Source: Lingula anatina (Eukaryota > Animalia > Brachiopoda). Taken from it: 64,000 nt of DNA. Numbering within the stretch: the first letter of the stretch is position 1; every line of letters starts with the position of its first letter. The translations under genes and the position numbers were made by a program. This document shows, piece by piece, positions 1 through 13,900 of the stretch. The stretch spans positions 682,001-746,000 of the forward strand of contig CM120642.1 in assembly GCA_051362555.1 (NCBI GenBank), given 5' to 3'. The notes beneath the pieces were generated by a model. The model did not search any database. It was not told where the DNA came from and saw only the letters and a program-made list of their open reading frames with translations.

Positions 1-1538
1 AAGTGTGTTACCTAATTACTACACAACTCTTGAAACAATTGATGCATGCAGTTGCATGTTCTGTGGTCAGAAATGTGAGGGGTGGTCTTTTCGGCAATTT
101 CTGCCCTCGTATAAAAACGCATGGGTTTGGTTAATATTTGGGCTGTTTTTAGAGAAGCAACAAAGGGATCACTCTGAAACTTGACAGGTACCTTAGAGAA
201 AATATGGTTCGACAGCTAAGCAACGCAGTTTACTATGGGATTCTTGCTGTCAGAGAAAATGGCCAGAAACGGACAGCCATTGTCAGGCAATTCAGCGTTT
301 ATCAGGAATCGCTAGTAAAGTCCTCCAAAGAAATGTTACAATAGGGGCACCTACTCCAATACCTCGACCAGGATGTCTGCGTATCACACCAAGAAGACAG
401 GTTCACCTTCTCCTTGGAGTGCGCTGTGCTGGTCGTACAAAGACAACCAGTGTCCTCAAAAAAGAGTGGCAGAATGTCATTCAAACGCCCGTTCCAAGGT
501 CCATCGTGAACAGGAGATTACTGCAAGCCGGTTATTTTGCACATAGACCAGTAGGGAAACCACTGTTAACAGCAGGTCATATACAGCGACGTCTGCAATG
601 GGCTGGAGACCACGTGCGTTTGCAGCCAAAACACTGGAATCACGTCATTTTCAGTGATGATGCCAGATATGGATTTTTTAGGGTTGATGGTCGGGTCCGT
701 GTTTGCCGACGTGTACTAGAGGCATAAAATGATGATTGTGTACTGCCTAGGGTGCAAGCAGGGGGTGGTAACATCTCTGTTTGGGGAGCATTTCATGCCG
801 GTGCCCAAAACCAGTTGTTTTTTTCTTGGAGGCAACCTCAACCAGGATTCCTACAGAGACAGTCTACAGCAAACAATGCTTTCCTTTGTAAGAGTCATCT
901 TCAGGAATAACTTTGTGTACCATGACGACTATGCACCCCCACATCGAGCTCGCAGAATCACTGTTTTTCTTCAAAACCAATGGGTTCAGCAACTGCCCTG
1001 GCCTGCAAACTCCCCAGATATGAACCCAATTGAAAATCTGTGGGCGGAAGTAACTAACAGAATTAATAGCTATGGTCATCGGCCGGTAAATAGTGATGAA
1101 CAGCGACAGGCAAATATCACTACGTGGAATGATATCCCCATCCAAATTCTGAAAAACTTATCACAGGGTATGCCATGTAAGATGAGGGCGCTGCAAGCGG
1201 CTGCTGGAGGTCATACTGTTGATGACTTTTCATGATTTACTGTAATAAGTTCTTTACCTGTGTAACATATCCTTGCCCGGAGGCTACAATTTTCATTAAT
1301 ATCTTAGCTTTAAGTTAATACTGACATCAAACTGTTGATATGGTTTTCTGGGGGTGTTCCTTTATTTTGAATGACATCTTATGTCAGATTTGATATTATT
1401 GACCCAAATACCTCACAACAGAAGACTGGATATTTTTATCACTCAACGACATACTTTTTTGGTGAATCAAGTCGAGAAAATTTTAAATAGCACTCAAACA
1501 CGATGATAAAAAATATTGCATATTAAGTAGTTACCCTG
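1..1538 (+). mobile_element. Tc1/mariner DNA transposon (DD34E), degenerate; left end lies outside the window
   Basis: Broken transposase from ATG 204 to 1235 with VIFSDD, HDDYAPPH and WPANSPDMNPIENLW (34 residues between the second D and E). Right terminus ...ATTAAGTAGTTACCCTG followed by TA at 1539-1540; it matches the terminus of the copy ending at 19885. Confidence 0.9.
204..1235 (+). pseudogene. Tc1-like transposase pseudogene (frameshifts and stops)
   Basis: ORF pieces 419..727 and 729..1235 carry the Tc1 HTH-linker (RPVGKPLLT) and DDE motifs in different frames. Confidence 0.85.
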
Positions 1539-1542
1539 TATA

Positions 1543-4500
1543 CAGCATTGGTCAAAAAGGTTGTCCCACCCCCATTCCCATGTACTTTGATTTACAAATG
1601 AGCACCTCACAGCTGTAAATTGTTAGAAATAGTCCTTTTTATTACAGATACCATGTCCTACGTGATTAATGGTTAAAAAGAATACAAAATAGTGGTGAAA
1701 ATATGCACATTTTATACCATTTAGTAAAAATTATAAGAGGTGCCCCCTCAAATCCACTGTTTCACTGTGACTTCTAGAGATGTAAAGAAATGTCTATTAA
1801 ATTGAAAAGATGCCATCAAATGTCACCAAATTCAAACACAATTAGCATTAGGGTGTGCTCAATAAAGGTCACGTGCCTAACAGCGTGTGCATCTACCGCG
1901 TACTGCAATTATCTCCTGTAGATGGCGCGACAAGCCTTCCACATGGGTAACAATTCTATTATGGGGGATATTGTCCCATTCATCCTAAAGAGCTTGGCGG
2001 GATCTGTCCAGACTATTTGGGAATCACTTAATAATAATAATAATTTATTTTTCTATGGCGCATTCCATTAAAAATCTCAATGCGCCTTACAACATTCACT
2101 TAAAAGAGCTAAATAACACAATACTATTATAAGAACACATTACAGTTTTAAAGGACTAAAAGCTAATTTAAAGAACCAATTATTTCATATTCTAAAATGA
2201 TAAGAAACTAAAGTGACAACATTTAAAATTAATCATAAAATTACAGTACACCTTATTAAAAACTAAAATTAATTATATGATAGTTACTGATAGGCGATTC
2301 TAAAAATATGAGTCTTCAAAAGCTTTTTAAAAGTATCTATGTCACCTGCTGCTCGTATTTCAGAAGGTAAGGTGTTCCAAACTTTGGGTGCATATATCAT
2401 AAATGCTCTTTCACCGTAAAATTTACCAGCTTTTTTCTCTAAGACACTGTGTTCTAAAAGTAAATGACTAAAAGTTGAAGACCTGGTAACTCTTCCATGC
2501 TGCTGTTGCTTCATAAGTTCTGAGATATAAAGTGGTTTATTCTCAGTGACTGCTTTAAAAATGACACATACAATTTTAAATAAAATACTCTCTCTTACTG
2601 GAAGCCAGTGAAGTTCCATCAAAACAGGTGTTATATGCTCTCGGCTGTTCCATCCCATTTTAGTTACCAGCCTAGCTGCAGAATTTTGAATTAATTGAAG
2701 TTTGTTCAGATGATTTTTGCCTAAACCATATAAGAGACTGTTGCAATAATCAAGCTTAGAAGTAATGAAAGCATGGACTAGTTTTTCAGTTGAAGTTTTG
2801 TCCAGTAAGTCACGTATCTTACTAATTCGCCAAAGTGAGTATGATGCCGATTTGCAAATTTCAGAGATCCGTCTATCCATAGTTGCATACTGATCAAAGG
2901 TGACACCTAAATCTTTCACATAGCTAGATGGATTGATGTTGACACCACCGATACAAATATCAGATTTCATTGCATTTCCACTGTCTGACCTAGACCTTGA
3001 TGTAAACCATATTAGTTCAGTTTTTCCATCATTTAGTGCTAGCATGTTTGTTTTCATCCAATTCCGAATCTCAACTAGACAAGTTTCTATTGAGGTGATA
3101 GCCATGGAGAGATTACTTTCACTTGTGACATGAATTTGAGTGTCATCAGCAGAAATGACAGTGTTGAGACCACGTTTAACTATAATGTCTTCTATTGGTA
3201 GCATATACAATGAGAAGAGCAATGGACCTAGCACAGACCCCTGAGGGACACCATACTCTAAAATAGTGGGCTCTGATAGCAACGACTCAATTGACACCTT
3301 TTGTGTTCCATCTTTTAGATATGAGGTTAACCAATTAAGTGCTAGATCATTTACTCCAAATCAGTACTGTAGTTTGTGCAGAAGTATGGTGTGGTCAATG
3401 GTGTCGAATGCAGCAGACAGATCTAAAAGGACTAAAATAACATCTTTTTGTTTGTCTAAGGAAAGCATGATGTCATTATGAACCCTTAGGAGAGCTGTTT
3501 CTGTGCTATGTCCTTCTCTATAAGCTGATTGAAACTTGCCATATAGACTGTTATGAGCTAGATAGTTATTCAGTTGTATACATGCCATTTTCTCAAGAAA
3601 CTTCCCTAAGAAGGGCAATTTTGATATTGGTCGATAATTTTTAAACACTTGTTTGCACAGGCCTTGTTTTTTTAACAAGGGTCTAACAATTGCTGTTTTG
3701 CAGTTGGATGGGAAGATGCCTGTTGTAAAAGAGAGATTCACTATCTTTAAAATAACTGGGGCCAGAACAGTAATGCACTCTTTGATAATATGTGTTGGCA
3801 CAGGATCTAAGGCAGAAGATTTAGAATTCATGCTTTTCATTAATGCTAAAACATCTTCTTCTGATACAGGTGAAAACTCAGTCAATACTGCATGAGTACA
3901 GGTAACTGGGGTTTCTGAGATTTCTACAGAAGAATAAGAAATGAGACCATTTGGAATGCTCTTGATCTTATCTGTAAAGTAGTGCACATTCCAATTAATG
4001 CCACAGGTGCTCAGTAGGATTAATATCAGGGCTCAAAGATGGTTGTCTCATCCTCAGAGCCATTTGATTCTGCAACAAATCGCTTGCCAGACGAGAGCTG
4101 TGAGCAAGTGCGTTGTCACAATGAAGACAGTAGCATCCCTGAAGCCACTTCTTGCAAATGGAGTGCGATTTCTGTTGAGAATGTTACAGTAAAATGCCGC
4201 TGTTACATTTTGTTCCAAAAGGAACAATGTACTAATACCATGGGCTTGGAATGTTCTCCAAATGCGGACTGACTTAACACCTCAGGCAATATTATCCTAC
4301 ACACACCCTTCCAAGAGGCATTTTTTAACATGTCTAGGGGCCCTCATTTGACCATCGATGGGATACAAGAAATAATTTGATTCTGCATCAAAACCGACTT
4401 CCTTCCAGTGATGGATGGCCAGGTTCAGGTGCCTGTGGGATCACTGAACGTAGCATTCTCAGCTGATATCTCATTCCATCTTTAAGTACTGACTTTGGGG

Positions 4501-5161
4501 TGTACTCCAGGCTTTATCATGACTGCACATTTGCTCACACCTCTCGCCTGGCAAGTGTTTGTTGAAGAAGCACAATGCTCTAAGGATGGAACCACCATAT
4601 TTGAGCCCTGATATTAAACTTACTAATCAACTGTGACATGAATTGGAGTGTGCAATGCAAAGGAGAACCAAACCCATAAAAACGTGGACCAACTCCCCCA
4701 ACTTGTTTTAGATGAATGGGACAATATCCCACATAACAGAATTGTTACCTGTGTTGAAGGCTTGTCGCGCCGTCTACAGGAGATAATTGCAGTACACAGT
4801 AGACGCACATGCTGTTAGGCACGTGACCTTTAACAAGCACACCCTAATACTAATGGTGTCTGTATTTGGTGACATTTAATGGCATCTTTTCAATTTTTAA
4901 ATCTATTAAAATAGACATTTCTTTACATCTCTAGAAGTCACAGTGAAACAGTGGATTTGAGGGGGTACCTTTTATAAATTTTACTAAATGGTATAAAATG
5001 CGTATATTTTTACTATTTTGTATCTTTTTAACCATTAATCATGTAGGACACGGTATCTGTAATAAAAAGCGCTATTTCTAACAATTTTCGGCTGTAAGGT
5101 CATCATTTGTAAATAAAAGTACATGGAAATGGGGGTGGGACAACCTTTTTTACCAATGCTG
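1543..5161. mobile_element. Foldback made of two 5'-truncated Tc1 copies joined head-to-head; left arm interrupted by a LINE
   Basis: TA|CAGCATTGGTCAAAAAGGTTGTCCCACCCCCATT at 1543 and its near reverse complement ending 5161|TA. The inverted match runs through transposase C-terminal sequence: 1543-~2020 vs ~4680-5161, and ~3985-4185 vs ~4450-4650 (SPDINP-like motif on both strands). Confidence 0.8.
2029..3987 (-). mobile_element. L2/CR1-group LINE, 5'-truncated, RT region
   Basis: ORFs 3361..3987 and 2284..3297 are in the same frame, separated by one TGA. RT motifs LDLSAAFDTIDH, GVPQGSVLGPLLF and ADDTQ; L2-type C-terminus (SKLDYCNSLL, HITPVLMELHWLPV). The 3' end has a GGCGCATT..AATGCGCC stem-loop and a (TTA)n tail at ~2029-2090. 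Confidence 0.92.
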
Positions 5162-5451
5162 TATGTGTATAGAGGTGTACCAGAATGGGTACCAAATGAC
5201 TCCTAGATATACGTTGATAACAAAACTTATTAGATAGCACACCATTTTTTAATGAATAAAAAGAATATATCATCCTTAATAAATGTCTTCTCATTTAATT
5301 GATCTTGAGTAACTGTATGTCACATGAATCATTACAAATTGACATCCATTTCTTAAACCTGTCAACTGATTGCATAAGTGCATGTATGTCTATACACCCT
5401 GAACAGACATTTGACTTACTCAGCTGCTGGTATTTTAATTCTTAAAAAATA

Positions 5452-5452
<1 letters not shown>

Positions 5453-5502
<50 letters not shown>
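5453..5502. repeat. (TA)n microsatellite
   Basis: Pure TA run. Confidence 0.95.
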
Positions 5503-5506
<4 letters not shown>

Positions 5507-6295
5507 TAAGACATACACTTCATAACATCCTAATATTGAAAACGTACAGAAATTAAATTGAATAGAAGAGTGTAATAAATTGATAAATTTTATAGTTCCT
5601 AAGCCCATGAAAGAGTAAGGAAGCAGAAAATTTGTTTAAAGCATAAAATTAAAAGAATGACAGCACTATCAACAGCCCCAATATTTGGCACTGTTTACTC
5701 CAAACTCTGACGCCAGTTAAGTAAGTTTAGCCGCTTAAGGATATTGTTACCTTTAGCAAGAAACCTTGCCATTGTTTAATGAAATCTGTAGTTAGGGGCT
5801 CATAACTCCCAAATGAAACCATTAAAACAAAAATGATCTACAATCCGGTGACCTTGGCATATTTTTTGTGATAAAATCTTCAGGGATGGAGTTACGCCTC
5901 ACACCGATTCCTATCTCAGGTCAAAATAGAGCAGTGTTAAACTGATGATTACATTTGAATTACCTATGCTGATATACATTGCAGCGATACTAATAAATGC
6001 TGATATTTTATAGTTTCAACGGGATTTTTATTGTTTTGAACCAGCACAAAGATGGATGCATTATTGAACAATTAGATGCAGGAAAAAACTCATTTTTTGG
6101 TATCTGGATGATAATTAAGGATGACCTTACCCTTAAAGGTACACATAAGCAAACTTGTTTTCATGACCGGGACCAGATGACTTCCTCTTTAATAAAAATG
6201 ATGATATTATATCGTGTAAGCAAGATATATGATGATGCTGATTATAAGCTGAATGATGTCAATTTACTGTTTTTCTTTTTTGAATTTATTTCCAG

Positions 6296-7000
6296 AGAAG
6301 TGTGATACAAATGCCATGTGTATTGATTCAAATACGTCTCAAATATTGCCTACTGATCAGTGCTTTGAAGCTATGGGCCGCAAATGTGTTTGCAATCAAG
6401 GTTATGAAGGGGACGGATTTACTTGCAACAGTGAGTTCCACGAATTATTCAGATGATTGAATGGGTCAGAAATATGTGATTTTAAATAATCAAAGCTTAA
6501 TCAACTTCATATTTTATCAATTTACTCAATTTTAGGTAAAACATGTATTGTGACAAATGATCCATGGTATGAAATTAACATTTTGATTAAATTGCTGTTG
6601 TGTTTTATAAAGCATGAAGGTTTGATCCTGCAATTAAGTATATGTTTAGCCTGATTTATTTAATATGAGCAGCACAATATTTGCAGGTACTAGTAGTCTG
6701 CAGTTTACACATCTAAAGTTTTGAAAAAATTGTTCAATGTAAGGAACTCAATAACGAACATTTAACGACCATTGTTTTATCATTATCTTAAAGATAATTT
6801 ATTTATTTAATACTTATTATTATTATTTTTTTTAATTTTTTTATTATTATTATTTTTTTTTTATTTATTTTTATTTATTTATTTTTTTTTTTTTGCAAAA
6901 GAAGTATACATTAAGATATTTAATGGTTTATTATGAATGAACCAAAATGAAATCACACTGCTCATTTACTTTTTCATTTCTTGCAGGGACCACTGTATAA
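6296..7000 (+). CDS. Last two coding exons of a paralogue of the secreted EGF-repeat gene (6296-6430, 6987-7000); upstream exons not found in the window
   Basis: ttccag|135-nt exon KCDTNAMC...KCVCNQGYEGDGFTCN|gtgagt, then ttgcag|GG ACC ACT GTA TAA. Near-identical to 32890-33024 and 33482-33495. AATAAA at ~7142. Confidence 0.7.
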
Positions 7001-9294
7001 ACTTTCCCAAAATCAATATCATGAAGTTGTTGCTAAAAAAGGTAACTAGAGCTGTATTATTATCTAGAATCACAGATGGAAGAAATATTTCTTTACAGAA
7101 GCATTGAATTTAGTGTATGAATTTTGTGTCATACAGATGAAAATAAAACATTGATGGCTTGGCATTTGGTACTTTTCTATGTTCTATGTTGCCAATAGAG
7201 ATAAAGGGCTACTCAATTGGACTTTCTTACCAAAATAAATTTTTCTGGGTAAAGAGCAAGGCCTGTCCTAGTATTTGGATTCCATGTTTTATTCCATTAA
7301 TTGAAGACTTTAGTTAAAATGACTAAGCAGTCATAATAAATGACATTTGTGGTCACAAGCATTGCCTTCTTTCCACACAAGAAAATGAGGAGTAGTTTTA
7401 AATAGCGTCCTTGCACCATGTTTAATAGAGATGTTGCAAGTTGGCAATGGCTACTCAAGGAGGCAGAGAAGATAATTATGACACAATGACCCTTATTTAA
7501 GGGGTCTCTGTTGTCTTGGGGTCTCTAGAGTCCGAATTGAGGAAACATAAAAAGCTTACAAGATATACATATGGCTGTGGGGGATTTCAAACACATGGAA
7601 ATAACCTCTAACAATTCATTTTGGCAGGAAAATCATGAGGAATGCGCCTTTAATGGATTACTTTTCAATGTTTCAATAACAGCACATTATGCAAAACTGT
7701 GGATAAAACTTGACACCCACATTTTGTCTAGACAGTATTCACACAAAAACAATCAATAAATAATTAAACTAGACTGAACAGCAAAGCTGGCCAAAAAACA
7801 GACACCATACAGGAAACAAAGCTGCAAAGCTGTCAAACATATATATATATTAAAGCCAAGCTTTAGAAATGATGGAAAAGATCCAATTTTAAAGTCACGT
7901 GATGCATGGAGAATTTTTTTAAAGCAGTCTACTGAAAGTACAAATCCCTTCTGTTTTCTAAGAATATAGATTTAAAATACATAAATAAATAATCCTGAAT
8001 CCACCCCTGTCGATATCTTACTTCCACATTAGTACTTCCACACCTTTCCATTCCGTGGCCATTTTGAGATTATAACAGTACCTCAAATCAGATTCCATAG
8101 TATCAATTGAACCAGAGGTCGGCAAAATGAAAAAAACATTCCTCTTGAAATAAAATTTAAAAATTAGTAAAAAAAAAAAAAAACAGAAAAACACTATTTT
8201 GCTGTTATTTATCTTTAAATGAAAGGATAGTTTTCAGAAAATCTTCATATCTACAATCAAATTTAATAAGAAAATTATTGTTCAAGGTGCAGGATCACTG
8301 CTTACAAGCTCAAAGTCAAATCACACACCTTTGAAAACATTCTAGTTATATTTCCTTTGTCTACATAACCTGCAAAGCTACTTACCTTTCTCAATTCAGG
8401 GCACAAAATGATAAAATCACCGAAACAAAAAACAAAATGCGGCCCTTTTCTTCTGAATTGCACAGAAAAAATATGGTGGTGTAAACGTCCGACCAGATAT
8501 TTACAGACAGTATTCAATGGTGCATTTTTGGGGGTCTTTGGGGTCGTAACCCCCCCTCCCCACCTTAACACTAATAAAAATCACACTAATATTCCCCTCT
8601 CTAAATTAGAATTTGGAATAGCTTAATCATAATTCTAAATATTACCAAATCGCACCGTTTTTCTTCAAAAACAGCCAAAAATTTAGTGGACCTGTCAGGA
8701 ATGGTCTTGCATGATCTTGAGGGCAACGCATTGCAGTACCTTTGAAGCAGACACTCGTTGTCAGCCCGGCAACGCTTTGCTGGCTGGGAAGGTGTTCGTT
8801 AAACAAATTGGTCAATAGCACATTCTGTGCATAAAGGAAATCTTTGAAATGACATAGAATGAAATAAAATTGCTAGAAAACAATTTCTGTTTGCAAATAA
8901 AAAGAAAATGACAGTAAATGTGTTTCATCCTTTTTTAGCCTTGGCTCTTCTACTAGTATGTAGTCTGCATTAATTCCCGCTAAACGTTTAAAATAATGCT
9001 TTTCAAGGCCTTATTTATACAATTATATACATCAAATTTGATGTTAATTTGCAAGAAGGAATTGCAGCAGCAGATTTGCGGTAGGCCTGATCCTTTTCTA
9101 AGGATGAGGTTTAAAGCGTAGAAGTCACCGCTGTCCAGGAGTGCAGTAAGTCCCCTATAAAAAAAAACATATCGCACTGCTAGATGAGCAGATTTACTGT
9201 TTGCGATTTCTGATTTCCATTGCAGTGCTCGTGACAACTATTTAATGTTTGCGCCATGACATCGCAGTTTGGGCGTTAATATGTCGATCACAAA

Positions 9295-9309
9295 CCCGGG
9301 ACTGTAGTT
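9295..9309 (-). promoter_or_regulatory. ZNF143/THAP11-type promoter motif (ACTACAGTCCC) in a CpG-richer patch
   Basis: Reverse complement of CCCGGGACTGTAGTT; ETS-like CTTCCGG at ~9416. Motif match only. Confidence 0.25.
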
Positions 9310-10590
9310 CACGAACTGCCATTTCATCTGTAAGGCCTGAAAACGACAATTTTTATTGATAGTGCCTTCATCATTTCTGTTCAGACGTGCTCCTTTGCTT
9401 TTTTAAATACATAGCTTCCGGGATTTTTTGGTACCTTTTTTTCTGGATTCATTATTCAGAATTTTCTTGAGATAAATAAAATTTACTGAGAAGGAAAAAA
9501 TGACCAAGGCAGCAGTGAAGACCACAAAGAAGAAGTGACAGACATCTTCCGTAGGGAAAATTCTTTATAGGAAAGAAGTAAATAAATGATCTATCTTGCA
9601 AGTAAACAATGTTTTCTGCTTTTTAAGGGTATGGATTCAAATAAAGAATTCATTAAGCAAAAATATTTAACCAGATTTTAAAGTGTTGGCACTATATAAG
9701 TCACAAGTACCAAATATTTGGAAAGAGAGTCCTCGAGGTGACAATCATACTAAAATCACAATGTTGACAAGCTTACTGTATTAAAAACAGCATTATTTTT
9801 GCATAAATGGTCAGATGAAACTGATTTTCAAGCTTTGCCTATATTTTACTTATATTCATCAGTTCTGTTAGTTTGAAGACAACAGCTCATGACAACTCAC
9901 TGGTTTTCATTATGTACTGTACTTGTTACGTAGGAAAATATAATGCTTCATTTCTTTCGGACAAGTAATGAGATTCAGAGATGTATAAAGCAGACATTTC
10001 TATATAGGTTTTTTTCTTAGTTATTTAGTTGTCCTGGTAGAATATTTTGTGAAAGTAAATAATGGAGTTGATAAGCTTTTAATCTAGCTACGGATGTGCT
10101 AATGTTTCAGGTAGAGAGAGATAGAACGAAGGGGGGGATTCAACACTAAAATGAATGTGTCCTCATTCTGGTTCCATTAAGGTTTTGTTTTAAAAATGTT
10201 TCATGCACTTATGCAAAAAACCACAGATGCAGGTGAAATGCTGTAGTCCAACTTTTCATACTGTTATGCTGAGAGAAAATAGAGAGGGGCTAATACAAAT
10301 GAAGAGAGAGATCTCATGAGAATGATATCAATGACACGCATTTAATTTTAAATGGACATTAAGAGAGGTTGAGTGTCTAGTCAATCTCCCTGAAACAGTG
10401 TACAAACTGTTCCATGATGACTTACGGTTATTTATATCCCATAAACCAAAATCAGACTTCAAACAATTTTATATGAAACTGGAGGTTACACATGTAATAA
10501 AATATAATGTTCCTGGACTTTTTTTCTGGAGAAAAAGTATAATCTGTGCTGTTTTGGTTCAGTGGTGTCTCTATGATGTTGTCTTCAGAT

Positions 10591-10749
10591 GGGGCCATAG
10601 TAATACTCCAAAGGTTTAATAGTCTGCAGGTTCATTGATCCAAATGTTCACTATAGAACCTTCGGACCAATGGGCCCTTGATTAATAAACTGGTGAAAAT
10701 GTTACGATTTTTCAGACCAATGAACCTTCGGACTATTGAGAAGCTCCCG
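10591..10749. mobile_element. MITE-like repeat with internal TTCGGACCAATGAACC-type units
   Basis: Second copy at ~47695-47852; absent from the otherwise homologous tandem unit at ~16260. Confidence 0.65.
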
Positions 10750-10927
10750 TACAGATCATGCATCTTGGGGTCAGTACCATAGAGTCCACCCCTGAGCCAG
10801 AAGACTCATGAGAATGATATTAATGGCACACCTTGCGATATTTAATGGATATTAAGAGAGATTGAGTTTCCGGTCAATGTCCCTGAAACAGTGTACAAAC
10901 TGTTCAATGATGATTTAAGGTGGATAT

Positions 10928-13900
10928 TGTTAAGGGATGCTCCCTCTTACTGATACTTGTTATATAATAAACGCTCCCAGAGCACTTCCGGTTCAGTTAT
11001 ATCCACGTGTTTGACTTATTCCATTAACATGGTGTCAGAATTTCGTGCTCACGTCTACATAAGCTGAAGACACGATTTCTAAAGTGGTCAAGAACTAAGT
11101 TAAAGGACCAGAGAAACAGAAGGTATGTGTGATACAAAGAAGAAATCTGTTGATCATACGATTTTATGGATGAAAAGTGGAACCGACTGAACAGAAATTC
11201 AGGCATCGGAAGTCGATAATAAAAAACTCTGGTGATTAGTGAAAGACATATATTCATGAGTTTTTTTTAGAAGTTACAAACGGGACAGATTTAACAAGCA
11301 AATACTGTTGATTGTGACCTTAAAGTAGAACTGCAGAAGCTGTGTATTTGTTACATAGATTAATCATGTCTACCAGTACTAGTACACCCCCAGTTACCCC
11401 TGCAACAGCGAATTTGTTACCTCCGCCACAACCTATGGACGTGAAGGGACATTGTGCAACTAACTGGCAATTTTTTAGAGACACATGGAAGAATTATGAA
11501 ATTGCAACAGAACTAAATCTTAAGTCGGAAGAGATAAGAGTAGCTACCTTACTTACGGTCATGGGCAAAGACTGTTTTCAAATATTTCAGAATTTAGCCC
11601 TGAGTGATGATGATCGCAAGGATCGCAAATAATACTGGAAGCTTTGACAAATCATTTTGAGCCACAACGCAACATTGTTTATGAGAGATACGTGTTTAAT
11701 ACTTGTACACAAGAGCCCAGTGAAGGGATTGATGCCTATGTGAACAGGCTGCGGAAACTCAGTGCCACTTGCAAGTATGGAACGCTTTTAGATGAAATGA
11801 TCAGAGACCGTATTGTGATAGGGGTGAGAGACTCTGTTGTCCGGGCTAGATTGTTGCGTGAAAAGGACCTTACATTAGCAAAGTGTATTGACACGTGTCG
11901 TGCGAGTGAAATGACGACGCAGCAACTTAAAGCCATAGATGGTGAGGTTGAAACTGTGCATGCTGTGAAACCAAAAATGAAAAAAAGCCGGGACAAAGAT
12001 GAAGACGGCAGTATCTGAACACAAGACAGACAAGAAAGGAGAGCAAAAACAGAAGAGCTATTCGGATTGTAGCTACTGCGGGATGCAACATCCCAAGCGT
12101 CAATGCCCAGCATGGGGTCGCTGCTGTAAGAAGTGTGGACGACTAAATCATTTCGCTAGCATGTGTAGGTCACAAGGGGCCAAAGTCCACCAAGTCGATA
12201 ATTCTGATCCTGAAGATAGTGACTCCGAATCGTCAGTATTCACAGTTAAAACCGGCAGGACCACATATCTTGTTGAACCATCAGTCCAATACAAGAGAAG
12301 CAGCTCTTGGATGCCACAAGTATTCCAATTAGACAATGGAGCAGGTGTAAACTGTTTGAGATATGAGGATTGCTGTCGCATAATGAGCACTAATGAGCCA
12401 GTCTTGAAGAAAAGCAGCAAGAGACTAACCTCATACAGTGGTAACCGTGTTGAGAATATGGGGCAGGTGACACTTAACATGAGAATAAACAACCGTGAAG
12501 AATACGTAAAGTTTCATGTAGTGAAAAATGTCACTTGTTCGTTACTCAATGGAGAGACATCAGAGAGATTTGGTCTGATGAAGATAAAGAGAGATGTTCT
12601 CATCAACGTTGTTAGCACGGAACTGTCAGAGGATGATATCTTCGCCAAGTATAATGATGTGTTTAGTGGTTTAGGTGACCTAGGAGAATACCACATTGAG
12701 CTGGACCCTAAGGTTATACCAAAACAAGACTCACCAAGGTCCGTACCAGTAGCTTTGAGAAAAGAGCTAAAAGAAAAGCTGGCGAGCATGGTGAAACAAG
12801 GCATCATTGAGAGGGTAAATCAGCCAACGGATTGGATAAGCTCGATGGTGGCGGTGAGGAAGCCAGGCAAGTTAAGAATATGCCTAGACCCAAAAGAACT
12901 CAACAAAGCTGTAAAGATTCCAAAATTCAAACTTCCAACCTTGGAGGAAGTAAGTGCAAACTTGACTAATGCAAAAGTATTTAGCGTTATAGATGCTAGA
13001 GATGGTTTCCTTCAGGTGAGATTAGATGAGGAGTCCAGCCTTCTTACGACATTCAATACGCCATTTGGCAGGTATCGTTGGCGACGTTTACCATTCGGCA
13101 TCTCATCAGCCCCGGAAGAGTTCCAGAGGCGAGTTATAGACCTACTGGACGGTCTTGACGGAGTCCAGACCATCGCAGACGACATCCTGGTGTATGGTAA
13201 AGGAGATACCTCTGAGGAAGCGATCAAGAATCATGACGAAAATATGATAGCACTATTAGAGAGATGTCGTGAGAGGAACTTCAAAATGAACAAGACTAAG
13301 CTTCGATTCAAATTGAACTCAGTTACTTATCACGGGCACGTGATCTCAGATGAAGGTTTGAAAGCAGATCCATTGAAGGTGCAGGCCATAGTAGAAATGG
13401 AAAGGCCGGAGAACGCTAAAGCGGTGAAAAGACTAATTGGCATGGTGAATTACCTGGCCAAGTTCTGCCCTCATTTATCAACAGTGAGCGAACCACTGAG
13501 ACGCTTGACGACTGAAGATGCACCCTTTATATGGTCAGATCAGCATGAGCAGACATTCTGTACATTGAAACAAATGTTGACAATGACCCCAGTTTTGAGA
13601 TACTATAGCCTAACAGAGGAAGTTACAGTAGAAGCCGATAGCAGCGATTATGGGTTAGGTGCAGTCTTACTGCAAGCTGGACAACCTGTAGCTTTTGCAT
13701 CAAGGGCATTGTCCAAAACAGAGCGCAACTATTCTCAGATGGAAAAAGAATGTTTGGCCATAACATTTGCATGTAACCGTTTCGATCAGTATCTCCATGG
13801 CCGAGACTATATCACAGTACTCACGGATCACCAAAACCTAGAGACAATATTCAAGAAACCAATCTTGGCTGCCCCAAAGCGACTTCAACGCATGCGCCTC

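Larger units (their letters stand above)
5360..9775 (+). repeat. Segmental duplication copy A (5360-~7985 and ~9650-9775) of 32010-34018 + 43528-44118
   Basis: Colinear similarity through intron, exon and downstream sequence; ~7985-9650 has no counterpart in copy B. Confidence 0.88.
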
